NCBI GenBank assembly: GCA_041650315.1
Contig: JBAZLJ010000001.1
Coordinates: forward strand, 280,259-344,258
Source: Candidatus Woesearchaeota archaeon
GTDB lineage: Archaea > Nanobdellota > Nanobdellia > Woesearchaeales > JAGVYF01
Length of the DNA stretch: 64,000 bases
Reading direction: 5' to 3'
The translations under genes were made by a program, and so were the position numbers. Each line of letters begins with the position of its first letter. The first letter of the stretch is position 1. Below, piece by piece: positions 29,272 to 39,072 of this stretch. The notes beneath the pieces are model-generated. The model was given only the letters and a program-made list of their open reading frames with translations. It searched no databases and was not told the DNA's origin.

Positions 29272-29391
29272 GTTGGAATTGGGATAAAATCCTTGTTTAT
29301 AAGCGTATATGGCGGAAAATGATTGTTTTGGAGAATTCGTTCATATTCTTACAGGTGGCTTTATAAACGATTTAAATACCCTCAATATGAA

Positions 29392-30510
29392 ATGAATGCC
29401 ATTGAACATACAAAGTTCTACTCTAGGAAGATGGGATGCCTTAGCAAAGGATGCACTCTTTGCGTGCAGGGCAAGAAGCTAGTCTTGTTTGTGACTGGTG
29501 TCTGCGCCAAAAATTGCTATTATTGCCCTTTATCTACTGAGAAGAAGAATGTGGATAAGGTATGGGCCAATGAATGGCTTATTGAGAAAGATGAAGATCT
29601 CATAACTGAAGCAAAGTCAATGGATGCGCGCGGAGCTGGAATAACTGGCGGAGATCCTTTTTTGCGTTTAGATCGCACCTGCAATTATATTCGTATGCTG
29701 AAAAAAGAGTTCGGTTCACATTTTCATATACATCTTTACGCTCCTCTTTGCAATGTTTCTGTTGAATCTTTCAAAATGCTTTTTGAAGCAGGTCTAGACG
29801 AGATAAGATTCCATCCAGATTTCGATAATACAAAAGATTGGAAACTTATTGAAGAAGCTTTGAAATTCAGATGGGATGTGGGTGTAGAGATTCCAGTAGT
29901 CCCTGATAAAAGTCCGCAGATAAAAAAGTTGATTGATTTCTTGGACGGCAAGATAAAATTCCTGAACCTGAACGAATTGGAGATATCGGAAACAAATGCT
30001 GCCAAGCTTGGCGAGCGTAATTTTGCAGTCAAAGATGAAGTGTCCTATGCGATAGGCGGTTCTGAGGAATTGGCTTTGAAACTTATGGATTATTGCCAGA
30101 ATAAATCATTTGATGTACATTACTGCACTTCTCAGCTTAAAGATAAAGTGCAGTTAGCTAATCGTGTGAAACGCACTTCTAAGCAGATTGCGCGTCCTTT
30201 TGATGTGATTACACAATCGGGCATGCTTGTGCGCGGAGCTGTGTTTTTAGAGGATCTTAAGCCTGATGTAGGCTATCGTAAGAAGATTGCTGCTTCGGAT
30301 AAGAAGGCAGTTATGGCGCGGCTTTTTGAATTGAAGGAAAAGATTAAAAAAGAGTTCAAGATTCGTGAAGATCAGATAGAAATAGACCCTTTGAAGCTGA
30401 GGCTTATCACTTCACCGCGTATAGTCAAACTATTCAAAGGCTATTGCAGAGCTATTATAGAGGAGTACCCAACACATGATCAAATGGAAGTCGAACTCAG
30501 GTTCCTATAA
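29392..30510 (+). CDS. Archaeal radical SAM protein
   Basis: GCTLC, LFVTGVCAKNCYYCP, GITGGDP, LDEIRFHP, NLNELE. Confidence 0.9.
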   Translation: MNAIEHTKFYSRKMGCLSKGCTLCVQGKKLVLFVTGVCAKNCYYCPLSTEKKNVDKVWANEWLIEKDEDLITEAKSMDARGAGITGGDPFLRLDRTCNYIRMLKKEFGSHFHIHLYAPLCNVSVESFKMLFEAGLDEIRFHPDFDNTKDWKLIEEALKFRWDVGVEIPVVPDKSPQIKKLIDFLDGKIKFLNLNELEISETNAAKLGERNFAVKDEVSYAIGGSEELALKLMDYCQNKSFDVHYCTSQLKDKVQLANRVKRTSKQIARPFDVITQSGMLVRGAVFLEDLKPDVGYRKKIAASDKKAVMARLFELKEKIKKEFKIREDQIEIDPLKLRLITSPRIVKLFKGYCRAIIEEYPTHDQMEVELRFL

Positions 30511-31147
30511 ATTATTGAAAGCGTTGCTGATAATCGGTTTGCCTTTCTTATTGCTATTCGCAAGTTTCTCGTATTGGATGTTCAATGAGAATTATTTCGA
30601 ATCTCAGTTTGAGGAAAATGACGTTTATGTGCAATTCGGTTTTGATGAGTATCTCGTATTGAATGAGAATTCTAAACTTTTGAGCTATCTTAAGTTCGGA
30701 GATGGTCTGATTGATTCAGCATTCTATACTCCTGATGAGAAAGCGCATCTTGATGATGTGCGTGTATTAATACAGACTTTCTTGTATTTTGGGATTGCAT
30801 TTAGCGTATTATGGTTTATTGGCTTAGTAATATGCAGGAAGCATATAACTTCAATATTCTATAAAGGCGGATTGCTGTCATTGCTCGTGTTCGTGATATT
30901 GGCAGTCTTGCTGGTGTTTTTCAGTTCTGCATTTATCAAGTTCCATGAAATATTCTTTGAACCTGGCACATGGACATTCGATCCAGCAGTTAGCAATCTC
31001 AAGGCAATGTTCCCAGACGAGTTCTTCTATAATATCACTGAGAAAATATTCGTTAGTTTCGGATTCCTTGCTTTAGTAAGCGTTTCGTCTAAGGTACTAT
31101 TATATTTAACTTATAGACATCTTGGTCGCCGTATAGCTCGCCATTAG
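30476..31147 (+). CDS. DUF1461/TIGR01906-like integral membrane protein
   Basis: EKAHLDDVR, FIKFHEIFF...WTFDP...LKAMFPDEFF. Confidence 0.85.
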   Translation: MIKWKSNSGSYKLLKALLIIGLPFLLLFASFSYWMFNENYFESQFEENDVYVQFGFDEYLVLNENSKLLSYLKFGDGLIDSAFYTPDEKAHLDDVRVLIQTFLYFGIAFSVLWFIGLVICRKHITSIFYKGGLLSLLVFVILAVLLVFFSSAFIKFHEIFFEPGTWTFDPAVSNLKAMFPDEFFYNITEKIFVSFGFLALVSVSSKVLLYLTYRHLGRRIARH

Positions 31148-31604
31148 CTTTAACTTCTATATCCAGAACATAGTTTCCTGATAATGCATCTTTAGGTACT
31201 TCTACTCCGATGCCAACTACTCTTACATCTCCAGTATCTAATGCAGTGATAGACCTTTTGTCGGGTTTGAAATATAAGTCTGTATCTTGACCTAGCGGAC
31301 GTATTTTGCTTTTAATTTCGATTTCGAAGTTTGTAGTGTCACTTTTCGAGTTCATCACTCTTAATCCGAATATCTTGAATGAGCCTCTAGCAATTGTATC
31401 TCTCGTAGTGCTTAAGCAAACTTGCTGAGCTCCGCAAGTCAATCCAGCCACTCTATTGTCCAGATCGTCAAAACTTTTCTTTTCCAGTTCAGAAATACCG
31501 CTGAATATGTTGTATAGGAATGTAACCGAGTAACCGAATACTGCTAATGCTAGTATCAAAAGAACAAAAAAATTAATCGATAGCTCCATTGCGTTCTTAT
31601 TCAT
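31089..31604 (-). CDS. Class III signal peptide (pilin-like) protein
   Basis: MNKNA-MELSINFFVLLILAL N-terminus; Ig-like body; start at 31604 with ATGA overlap. Confidence 0.75.
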   Translation of the reverse strand: MNKNAMELSINFFVLLILALAVFGYSVTFLYNIFSGISELEKKSFDDLDNRVAGLTCGAQQVCLSTTRDTIARGSFKIFGLRVMNSKSDTTNFEIEIKSKIRPLGQDTDLYFKPDKRSITALDTGDVRVVGIGVEVPKDALSGNYVLDIEVKANGELYGDQDVYKLNIIVP

Positions 31605-31816
31605 CGTCCTACGTGGTATTCTTTCACCAATGATATGATGAATAGTATTAGTATAACTATCGATATCACGAAATAGAAGATACCTTCTGAAATCAGGTTT
31701 TGTGACAATATCTTGTAAAGCCCTAATGCAAGCAAGCCGAAACCTAGCCATAGGACTTTGTCAAGCACCAGTAGCAATATCTGGAACTCCTGATCCATTG
31801 AAAGGTATTTTTTCAT
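31601..31816 (-). CDS. Small 2-TM membrane protein
   Basis: LDKVLWLG...LVKEY; lies between two pilin-like genes. Confidence 0.75.
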   Translation of the reverse strand: MKKYLSMDQEFQILLLVLDKVLWLGFGLLALGLYKILSQNLISEGIFYFVISIVILILFIISLVKEYHVGR

Positions 31817-31825
31817 TGTGCGTCT

Positions 31826-32359
31826 TTAGACTGTTACTGTTATGTAGAAGTCTACTTCTGGCAGGTTTGTGGAACCGTCAGCTTCTATAGATAATCTGCA
31901 AGCATATCTTCCTTCAGCTAATCCTTCTACACCGATTGTTGCTTCAAATCCTACACTATCACTAGGCAATAATTCAGTCTTGCTGAGTGTGATGAGTTTA
32001 GGCAATTCAGTAACGTCTTCTCCATCTATAGTCGATATACATTTCGAGATAGTTGGTTTGACTTCTCTGAGCGAGATGCTTGCTTTGTTGTAGAATCCGA
32101 TTTTCGCAGTTGTCTGCGAGTTTCTTTTGATCTCTATGTCTGATGAGATTGTCAATGGTTCGACTGCTGTAGGCTGTTTTTCTAAATCAGTAGTCTCAAT
32201 CAATTTCTCGAGTCTTCCGAATGAATCGCCTACTATGCCTCTGATGAATGTCAGGCCTAGACCCAAAAGGGTAATGGCGAGAACTATAATGACTATGGTA
32301 TTAACTGATAGGCTGATATCAGCCTTTTTTTGTCTTGGACCTTGGAATATTGTATACAT
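31826..32359 (-). CDS. Class III signal peptide (pilin-like) protein
   Basis: KKA-DISLSVNTIVIIVLAITLLGLGLTFI; GAGGTGA SD. Confidence 0.8.
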   Translation of the reverse strand: MYTIFQGPRQKKADISLSVNTIVIIVLAITLLGLGLTFIRGIVGDSFGRLEKLIETTDLEKQPTAVEPLTISSDIEIKRNSQTTAKIGFYNKASISLREVKPTISKCISTIDGEDVTELPKLITLSKTELLPSDSVGFEATIGVEGLAEGRYACRLSIEADGSTNLPEVDFYITVTV

Positions 32360-32467
32360 GATATAATCACCTCAATTATATATAGGATATATACAGATTA
32401 TAATGTTTATAAATGTTTTGATGACTTCGAATTTGATGTTATTTTGCTTAGGTTTTGCTATCAGTTC

Positions 32468-32582
32468 TGCCATCGGTTCGCGTGCGCTTCTTGTTCGTGA
32501 TAACTGGCATTCTCCTGTAAGGAGCCCAACACCTCTTGCCGTTGGTTACATGTAGCACGATAGCGCTCACAGCCAGATGGCA
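32468..32582. ncRNA. Dispersed structured motif, copy B
   Basis: Same block order and length (115 nt) as copies A and C. Confidence 0.65.
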
Positions 32583-32660
32583 TAATAACTGGAATATCAT
32601 TATTTAAGGCGTATAATAAACCAAAAGCTTTAAAAAGAGCTTAAATCTCCAGTATGCTCT

Positions 32661-33206
32661 ATGGGATTAAGAAGAGCTCATGCATACAGGAGAATCGAAA
32701 GAGCGTACACTCGTATTTCTAAGTATAGAGAAGAATCTTTCGTAAGATCCAGGCCACATATGGTCATTGCTAAGTTTGATACAGGCAATACTGCTAAGCA
32801 ATTCCAGGATTACAAATACAATCTATTCTTGATTTCAAGATGCAATCATCAGATTAGGCATAATGCTTTAGAATCAGCTAGGACTGTCGGCAACAGGATA
32901 TTAGAGCTTGAAGTCGGCAAAACATCATTCCACTTGAAAATTGTAAAATATCCTCATCATATTCTTAGGGAAAACGTCATGGCTACAGGAGCAGGCGCAG
33001 ACAGGGTTTCACAGGGTATGAGCGCGTCCTTTGGTAAATCTGTCAGTTCTGCAGCACAAGTAAGAGCTGGCGATATCGTAATCAAGGTTGGTGTTGACAC
33101 TTTGGCTCATGCAGCAGTTGCTAAAAGAGCTTTGAAGAAAACATCATGCAAATTGCCTTTGACTTATGTAATTACGATGCAAGAAAACGTGCTTAAAGCT
33201 AAATAA
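32661..33206 (+). CDS. rpl10e: 50S ribosomal protein uL16 (L10e)
   Basis: RAYTR, QIRHNALESAR, YPHHILREN, GAGADRVSQGM, KLP. Confidence 0.96.
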   Translation: MGLRRAHAYRRIERAYTRISKYREESFVRSRPHMVIAKFDTGNTAKQFQDYKYNLFLISRCNHQIRHNALESARTVGNRILELEVGKTSFHLKIVKYPHHILRENVMATGAGADRVSQGMSASFGKSVSSAAQVRAGDIVIKVGVDTLAHAAVAKRALKKTSCKLPLTYVITMQENVLKAK

Positions 33207-33237
33207 ACTTTTTTTCTTAATATAATAAATATTTGAT

Positions 33238-34251
33238 TTAACTTAATGTAAGTCTGATTCCCCAATTCTGCCACTTTTTGTCTTTCATCAGCCAGAATCC
33301 TATCCTTTGCAATATGCTACCTAATCGAGTGCTTAATAGCCATACTACTATCTCTTGATATCTTTTCTTCCTCAATATGTCTGGTATGAATTTTGGAGCG
33401 TAATTCTTGTCTAGAATAATATTTGCTATATCTTCTCCTGAAGCCATTGCTGAATATATGCCTTCACCTGTTAATCCATAGGCTAATCCTGCAGCTTCAC
33501 CTATAAGATATTTATTTCCAAATTTGTAACCCTGGTAATCATAGAGTATTGGCATGGATTCTAATTTTGACTCTTCATAATGTATACCTATCCTTTTGCA
33601 CCAATCATTGAACCTTTTTTTTACTTTGATCATATCATCAGATTTAGGGTGGAATCCGCAACCAATTGACGCATAACCTTTATGCGGGAATACCCAAGTA
33701 TACCCTGCTTTGGTTATCTTTGAATTGTAATGCAATTCCAAATTCTTGAACTCACCTTTTATCAAATATTGCATGCATAGATGCATCTTGTCATTACTTA
33801 GTTTAAGATATCTTCTGACTATAGAACCTACGCCGTCTGCGCCGACCAGATGATTGAAATATATCTTCTTTCCATTGACAATCACATTGTCTTTATTGAC
33901 TTCTGTGACTCTTGATGACATAATAATCTTGGCGCCATTCTTCTTAACTTTGGACATCTGCCATTTTCCCAGCTTTTCTCTGCTGAGAGTAGCTACGATT
34001 ATTTTATTTTCTTTTATCTCGATATATCTGCTTTTATGATAGAATCTGAATCTATCGAATTCTTTTTCAAAAAGAGAATTGGGGATGCCATAGCGTATGG
34101 CTTTTAGTGTGACGCCTGCTGCGCAGATTTTCTTTCCGATTGTTTTATTCTTCTCTAGAACCAGAACTGATCTTTTGCTCTTCGCAAGAACTTCTGCGCA
34201 TCTTAATCCGCCCGGACCTGCACCGACAATCACAACGTCATACTTTTCCAT
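33238..34251 (-). CDS. Geranylgeranyl-reductase-family FAD oxidoreductase
   Basis: GAGPGG, GADG, GYTWVFP, IGEAAG...GEGIYSAM. Confidence 0.88.
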   Translation of the reverse strand: MEKYDVVIVGAGPGGLRCAEVLAKSKRSVLVLEKNKTIGKKICAAGVTLKAIRYGIPNSLFEKEFDRFRFYHKSRYIEIKENKIIVATLSREKLGKWQMSKVKKNGAKIIMSSRVTEVNKDNVIVNGKKIYFNHLVGADGVGSIVRRYLKLSNDKMHLCMQYLIKGEFKNLELHYNSKITKAGYTWVFPHKGYASIGCGFHPKSDDMIKVKKRFNDWCKRIGIHYEESKLESMPILYDYQGYKFGNKYLIGEAAGLAYGLTGEGIYSAMASGEDIANIILDKNYAPKFIPDILRKKRYQEIVVWLLSTRLGSILQRIGFWLMKDKKWQNWGIRLTLS

Positions 34252-34326
34252 ATATCGAGTGGGATTGAAAATGATATATAAAACTTCTTGCGAATCAGTG
34301 ATAATTTATCTGTTAGAACTAGAGTT

Positions 34327-35331
34327 TTATTCAGCTTCTTCGAATTCTTCTTTAGGGACTTCAGCTTTCTTGAACTTAGGCATTGTGTGATGTATCCTTC
34401 CTTTGAGAGTTGTTATGTCTGTGATTACATCTTTATCTTTTTTGAAATCGTTTGTCACTTCTTTTGGCAAGATGTCTGTCTTGCTCAAGTATACAATGAT
34501 CGGTTTATTCAATGTCCTGAGATTCCTCAGCAATTCGAACTGGTCGCTCAATGGATATGGTTCGGTCAGGTCGAAAATATAGATAAGTACATGCGCGCAG
34601 TATTTTGCGGCCAAGTATGCCTGCATCTCGATATAATTCATTTTTTCGAATCTGTTCAAAGTTCCAGGAGTGTCCAAGAACTGCATTTTCTCTCCATTGA
34701 TATCAGTATAGCCTAGATTCAGGCTTTTTGTAGTGAATGAATAATTAGCGATCTCTGGTTTCGATCCAGTGAGTTTAGATAATAAAGTGCTTTTTCCTAT
34801 ATTCGGGAATCCGCAGATTGCGACAGTAGGCATTTCCTTTACAACTGGATAATTCTTGATGACACGTCTTGCTTCCATAAGATATGTGAAAACATGTTTT
34901 GTCTGTCTGAATAATGAAGAGATCCTGCCGTAATATTCTCTCCTGATTTGCATCATCCTTTCGGCATTGTCGTTCCTGTTGAGCAGTTTTATGTAATTGG
35001 AAGTCATCTCATCAGCTTTCCTGATGATCCAGCCCAATGCGCCTAACGCTTTTTTCAATGCGCCGACGTCCAATGTGCATTTCATAAGTTCGAAATAGAA
35101 CGGATTTAATGCGTCAATCCTAGGGAATGATTTGATTATGTTAGTCATTGAATCGGCAACACTTCTATTGACTGTGCCCATCTTAGTCAATTCAACTTTT
35201 CTGATGACTTCTGCCTTAGGCATTTTGTGATGCTTTGATTTGACAGAACCGCCTTTCTTAGTCGCAGCGGCGAATGCCAAATCTATATAGAAGTCTGCTT
35301 TCTCTACTGTGATTATGTGTTGGAATGACAT
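34327..35331 (-). CDS. NOG1-family GTP-binding protein
   Basis: GFPNIGKST, YSFTTK, DTPG, SKTD; YYGRISS. Confidence 0.92.
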   Translation of the reverse strand: MSFQHIITVEKADFYIDLAFAAATKKGGSVKSKHHKMPKAEVIRKVELTKMGTVNRSVADSMTNIIKSFPRIDALNPFYFELMKCTLDVGALKKALGALGWIIRKADEMTSNYIKLLNRNDNAERMMQIRREYYGRISSLFRQTKHVFTYLMEARRVIKNYPVVKEMPTVAICGFPNIGKSTLLSKLTGSKPEIANYSFTTKSLNLGYTDINGEKMQFLDTPGTLNRFEKMNYIEMQAYLAAKYCAHVLIYIFDLTEPYPLSDQFELLRNLRTLNKPIIVYLSKTDILPKEVTNDFKKDKDVITDITTLKGRIHHTMPKFKKAEVPKEEFEEAE

Positions 35332-35390
35332 ATATTCTATAGACTATAAGAGGGCTATATAAGGCTTACGTTGTCCGGTTAAGGTAATTT

Positions 35391-35505
35391 TGCCATCAGT
35401 TCGCATCTACTTCAGATAGATGATAGCTGGCCTTTCCTTGTAAAGGAGCCAACATCCTTTGCCGCTGATGCACATTGAAAATAATTATGCTCACAATTGA
35501 TGGCA
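35391..35505. ncRNA. Dispersed structured motif, copy C
   Basis: Same block order and length (115 nt) as copies A and B. Confidence 0.65.
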
Positions 35506-35566
35506 ATATCTTCATCTAAATCTTAACCAAAAGCTTTATTAATACAAAAATTCAATTATTTACTAG

Positions 35567-36403
35567 ATGGCTAAAGGAAAATCTATAGGAGTGATAGCTA
35601 TAAAAGGCGGTGTTGGAAAGACTACTACTGTAGTAAGTCTAGGCGCGATTCTAGCGAATGATTACAAACAGAAAGTGCTTCTTATCGACGCGAATCTATC
35701 GGCGCCTAATCTAGGTATGCATTTGGGAATCGGTAAACCTAAAGGCACTCTCAAAGATGTTCTTTTAGATAAGATATCGATTAAAGATGCTTTATTCAAG
35801 CACGAGCTTGGTTTTGATGTATTGCCTTCTGTGTTCACTTCAAATGCTGAAAGGTTCAGTGTATACAAACTTAAAGAGAAGTTGGACGCGATTCGTAGTA
35901 AATATGATTATGTCTTGATTGATTCTTCACCTAATCTCAATAATGAGATGCTTTTGTCGATGGCTGCGTCCGATGAATTGGTTGTTGTTACTACCCCTGA
36001 CAATCCTACTTTAATGTGCACAATTGAAGCGGTCGAAGCGGCTAAAAAACAGAATACGCCTATCAAAGGTCTTATCATCAATAAAAGACGTGGAAAATCA
36101 TTTGAAGTTTCCCAGGAGACTATTGAGAATCTGGCTAAAGTTCCTATATTAGGCGTATTGCCTGATGATATTAATATATTGAAAGCACTATCTGAAGGAA
36201 CGCCGGTATCTAATTATTCAAGAAGGGCTAAAATATCTAATCTTTATCGTGGTATAGCCGAGAATGTGATGGGCAGCGATTTTCAGAAACCGCTTACCAT
36301 AAGCAGACGTTTTAAGAATTTCTTTGGCCAGTTCGTTAGCGTTGAAGCTGAAGATTCTGCTGAACCTAAACCGGTTGCTGCGGATAAACCAATCTTACCA
36401 TAA
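35567..36403 (+). CDS. minD: MinD/ParA-family ATPase
   Basis: KGGVGKTT, LIDANL-APNL, IDSSP, IINK. Confidence 0.85.
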   Translation: MAKGKSIGVIAIKGGVGKTTTVVSLGAILANDYKQKVLLIDANLSAPNLGMHLGIGKPKGTLKDVLLDKISIKDALFKHELGFDVLPSVFTSNAERFSVYKLKEKLDAIRSKYDYVLIDSSPNLNNEMLLSMAASDELVVVTTPDNPTLMCTIEAVEAAKKQNTPIKGLIINKRRGKSFEVSQETIENLAKVPILGVLPDDINILKALSEGTPVSNYSRRAKISNLYRGIAENVMGSDFQKPLTISRRFKNFFGQFVSVEAEDSAEPKPVAADKPILP

Positions 36404-36420
36404 TTATCTTATATCTAAAC

Positions 36421-36840
36421 ATGGCATTATTCAAGAAAAATAAAACTGCGCCAGTTATCCAGTCTCAGATACAGCAACTTAGTTTGAAACCTCAGGATCA
36501 ACTGAAATTGCTGCAGAAAAGGGTTGATGTTCTTCAGTCTTCGAATATACAGTTGAGCACGCATATAGGCGAGACTGAACTTAATGCGGAAGGCGAAATC
36601 ACAAGGATACAGATGTTGATGAATAAAATACAGGGCGAAATGGATGAAATCAACCGCAGGATTGATCATATTTCCGGCAATATGGGTTCTTTGATATTCC
36701 AGTTGAATCTCACTGCGAAAGCTGAAGAGCTTGACAGGTTCAAATCAGATATGGATAGAATGCAGCCGTTCAATTTCATGACTCTGAATCAGTTCGAGAA
36801 GTTAGTGAAAGAGATTGTTGACGAGAAGTTCGGCGAATAA
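36421..36840 (+). CDS. Coiled-coil hypothetical protein
   Basis: 139-aa ORF directly after minD. Confidence 0.7.
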   Translation: MALFKKNKTAPVIQSQIQQLSLKPQDQLKLLQKRVDVLQSSNIQLSTHIGETELNAEGEITRIQMLMNKIQGEMDEINRRIDHISGNMGSLIFQLNLTAKAEELDRFKSDMDRMQPFNFMTLNQFEKLVKEIVDEKFGE

Positions 36841-36903
36841 ATAGCTTCAATCAAGATTAAAGCTATGATAGTGATTATATATAAGAACAATATTTAATAG
36901 AAT

Positions 36904-37404
36904 ATGAATAAAAAATTAGTTTATGGATTGATAATATCTTTAATTGTAATTACCTTAGGTTATTATATTTCTCTTTATTCGTTGTTGTTATTTGGAATAC
37001 CTTCTCCTATTGATCCATTCGGAGCTCCTCCTGGAGTCTCTAATCCTAATTGCGGAGAGAGTAGATATGAATATGACGCCACAATTAATTCAAAAGAAGA
37101 TTTTATCAATTTTCTGAAACAAAATGAATTATCAGAACCTTTCAAAGGTAATGTGTACATATATTCTGATTTAATTAGCGATTTTAAGCTAAATTATGGA
37201 AATCTTACTGAATTTAATTCGGCTTTAAGATCCGGTAATTTGAAAAATAATTGGGATAAGGTATTGAATGATGTTAAAATAAGTAATGTCGGTTCTAGAG
37301 TTGTTTATGAAACAAGTTATACTTTTTTTTCTCTAGAATGTTCAGGTCATTTGAAAATGACTGAAGATGGTCATGTTTCTATGGTAGGTTGTTGCGGAGC
37401 ATAA
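36904..37404 (+). CDS. Membrane-anchored hypothetical protein (AT-rich)
   Basis: N-terminal TM; own TATA; ends CCGA. Confidence 0.65.
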   Translation: MNKKLVYGLIISLIVITLGYYISLYSLLLFGIPSPIDPFGAPPGVSNPNCGESRYEYDATINSKEDFINFLKQNELSEPFKGNVYIYSDLISDFKLNYGNLTEFNSALRSGNLKNNWDKVLNDVKISNVGSRVVYETSYTFFSLECSGHLKMTEDGHVSMVGCCGA

Positions 37405-37417
37405 ATTAAGTTATTTT

Positions 37418-38773
37418 CTAAAACCCAGGTATTCTGCCTTTCATCTTGCCCATGAATTTCTTCATGTTGCGTTCAGATGCGTTTGGTCCGAATGATTTCA
37501 TCATCTTCTTGGTCTGCTTGTATTGTTTGAGAAGTTCTCTCACTTCGGATTCTGGCACGCCTGAGCCTTGCGCAATCCTTGTGATTCTTGTCGATGTAAT
37601 TATATCAGGATCTTCCAATTCTTCTTTTGTGCATGATTGCATTACGAATTTCCATTTCTTGAGTTTTTCTTCCTGGACTTTTAATGCTTCCTTCGGAAGT
37701 TTTATCTGGCCCATTCCCGGAATCATTTCCATGATTTTGTCGATAGAACCCATCTTGCTCATGGCTTCCATCTGGCTGTATAAGTCTAATAGATTGAATT
37801 CGCCTTTCATAAGCTTCTTGCTCAGGTCCTGAGCATCTTCTTCGCTTATCGCTTCCTTCGCTTTCTCTAATAGTGATTGAAGATCACCCATGCCTAGAAG
37901 ACGGCTGACGAAACGTTTTGGATCGAACAGTTCCAGGCTGTCGATTTTCTCTCCGACGCCTATGAATTTGACTGGCGCGCCTGTGGTTGCGCAAGCTGAT
38001 AATGCTCCGCCGCCTTTAGCTGTGCCATCTAATTTTGTGATTATAACGCCTGTGACGTTGCATGTTGAATGGAATGTCTCTGCTTGTTTCTGCGCGGCCT
38101 GTCCGACATCTGCCGCTATTACCAATAGCCTTTCATCTGGTTTGATGTATGTGTTCAATGCGTTCAGTTCTTTGACTAGCTCTTCATTCAGCGCATCTCT
38201 TCCCGCAGTGTCGATTATTACCAGATTGTATTCTGATAATTGCTTTTCGAATTCTTTGTAGATATCTAATGGATTCTTTTGTTTAGGATTGCCGAAGACT
38301 GGCACGTTAATCTGTTCACCTAATTGCTCCAATTGTTTGAATGCAGCAGGTCTCCAAGTATCTGTGCTCATTAATGCGACTTTGTATCCGCGTTTCTGAT
38401 AGAATTTAGCGAGTTTAGCTGCGGTTGTGGTTTTTCCGTTGCCGAATAAACCAACAAGCATGATCTTGAAAGGTTTTTTGTTTTCGATTTTTGGTTCAGA
38501 AAGTTCTTTGCCCATGAAATTTGTTAATTCTTCATACAGAACGTTGATGAGATGCTCTTTCTTTGATAATCCTTTAGGAGTATCTTCTTTAAGGACTCTG
38601 TCTTTAATCTTGTTAGTTAGCTCGAACACTAATTTGACGTTAACGTCGCTTTTCAGAAGCGCTTTTTGGAGGTCTTTCACCAGTTCATTCACTAGCTTTT
38701 CATCTACGAAAATCGAGCCTGCAATCTTGCTTAAAGTGGCTTTCAATGATTCTCCTAATGAGTCTAGTACCAT
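37418..38773 (-). CDS. srp54: Signal recognition particle protein SRP54
   Basis: DTAGR, TKLDGTAKGGGALS, FIGVGE, RLLGMGD, Met-rich M domain. Confidence 0.97.
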   Translation of the reverse strand: MVLDSLGESLKATLSKIAGSIFVDEKLVNELVKDLQKALLKSDVNVKLVFELTNKIKDRVLKEDTPKGLSKKEHLINVLYEELTNFMGKELSEPKIENKKPFKIMLVGLFGNGKTTTAAKLAKFYQKRGYKVALMSTDTWRPAAFKQLEQLGEQINVPVFGNPKQKNPLDIYKEFEKQLSEYNLVIIDTAGRDALNEELVKELNALNTYIKPDERLLVIAADVGQAAQKQAETFHSTCNVTGVIITKLDGTAKGGGALSACATTGAPVKFIGVGEKIDSLELFDPKRFVSRLLGMGDLQSLLEKAKEAISEEDAQDLSKKLMKGEFNLLDLYSQMEAMSKMGSIDKIMEMIPGMGQIKLPKEALKVQEEKLKKWKFVMQSCTKEELEDPDIITSTRITRIAQGSGVPESEVRELLKQYKQTKKMMKSFGPNASERNMKKFMGKMKGRIPGF

Positions 38774-38843
38774 AGGGATAGTGGACTGAAACCGGATTTA
38801 TAAATATAACTATGATAAGAATGAAAATAACTCCTTTTTTTGC

Positions 38844-38984
38844 TTATTTACTTCTTGGATTCCAGAAAATTAGGAAATGCAAGAAATTCAGGAACAATAG
38901 GTATAACCAAGGGTTATCTTTCCCAAGGAATCCTAGAAAGCCCAAAAATCCTAACAAACCCATCCAATTGAATTTTTTAGCCAT
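38844..38984 (-). CDS. 46-aa membrane peptide with GFLGFLG repeats (DUF3796-like), not in ORF track
   Basis: MAKKFNWMGLLGFLGFLGFLGKDNPWLYLLFLNFLHFLIFWNPRSK; TATA upstream. Confidence 0.7.
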   Translation of the reverse strand: MAKKFNWMGLLGFLGFLGFLGKDNPWLYLLFLNFLHFLIFWNPRSK

Positions 38985-39072
38985 ATCAGTAATACTAGTT
39001 GTTTTCGTATATATATCTTTAGTTCCATTATAATCAAAAGAAAAAAGGAGAAAAAGAAAAGTAAAAAGCGGT

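Noticed and set aside
38812..39033. 73-aa plus-strand ORF
   Set aside because: Shadow of the 46-aa GFLG-repeat membrane peptide on the minus strand
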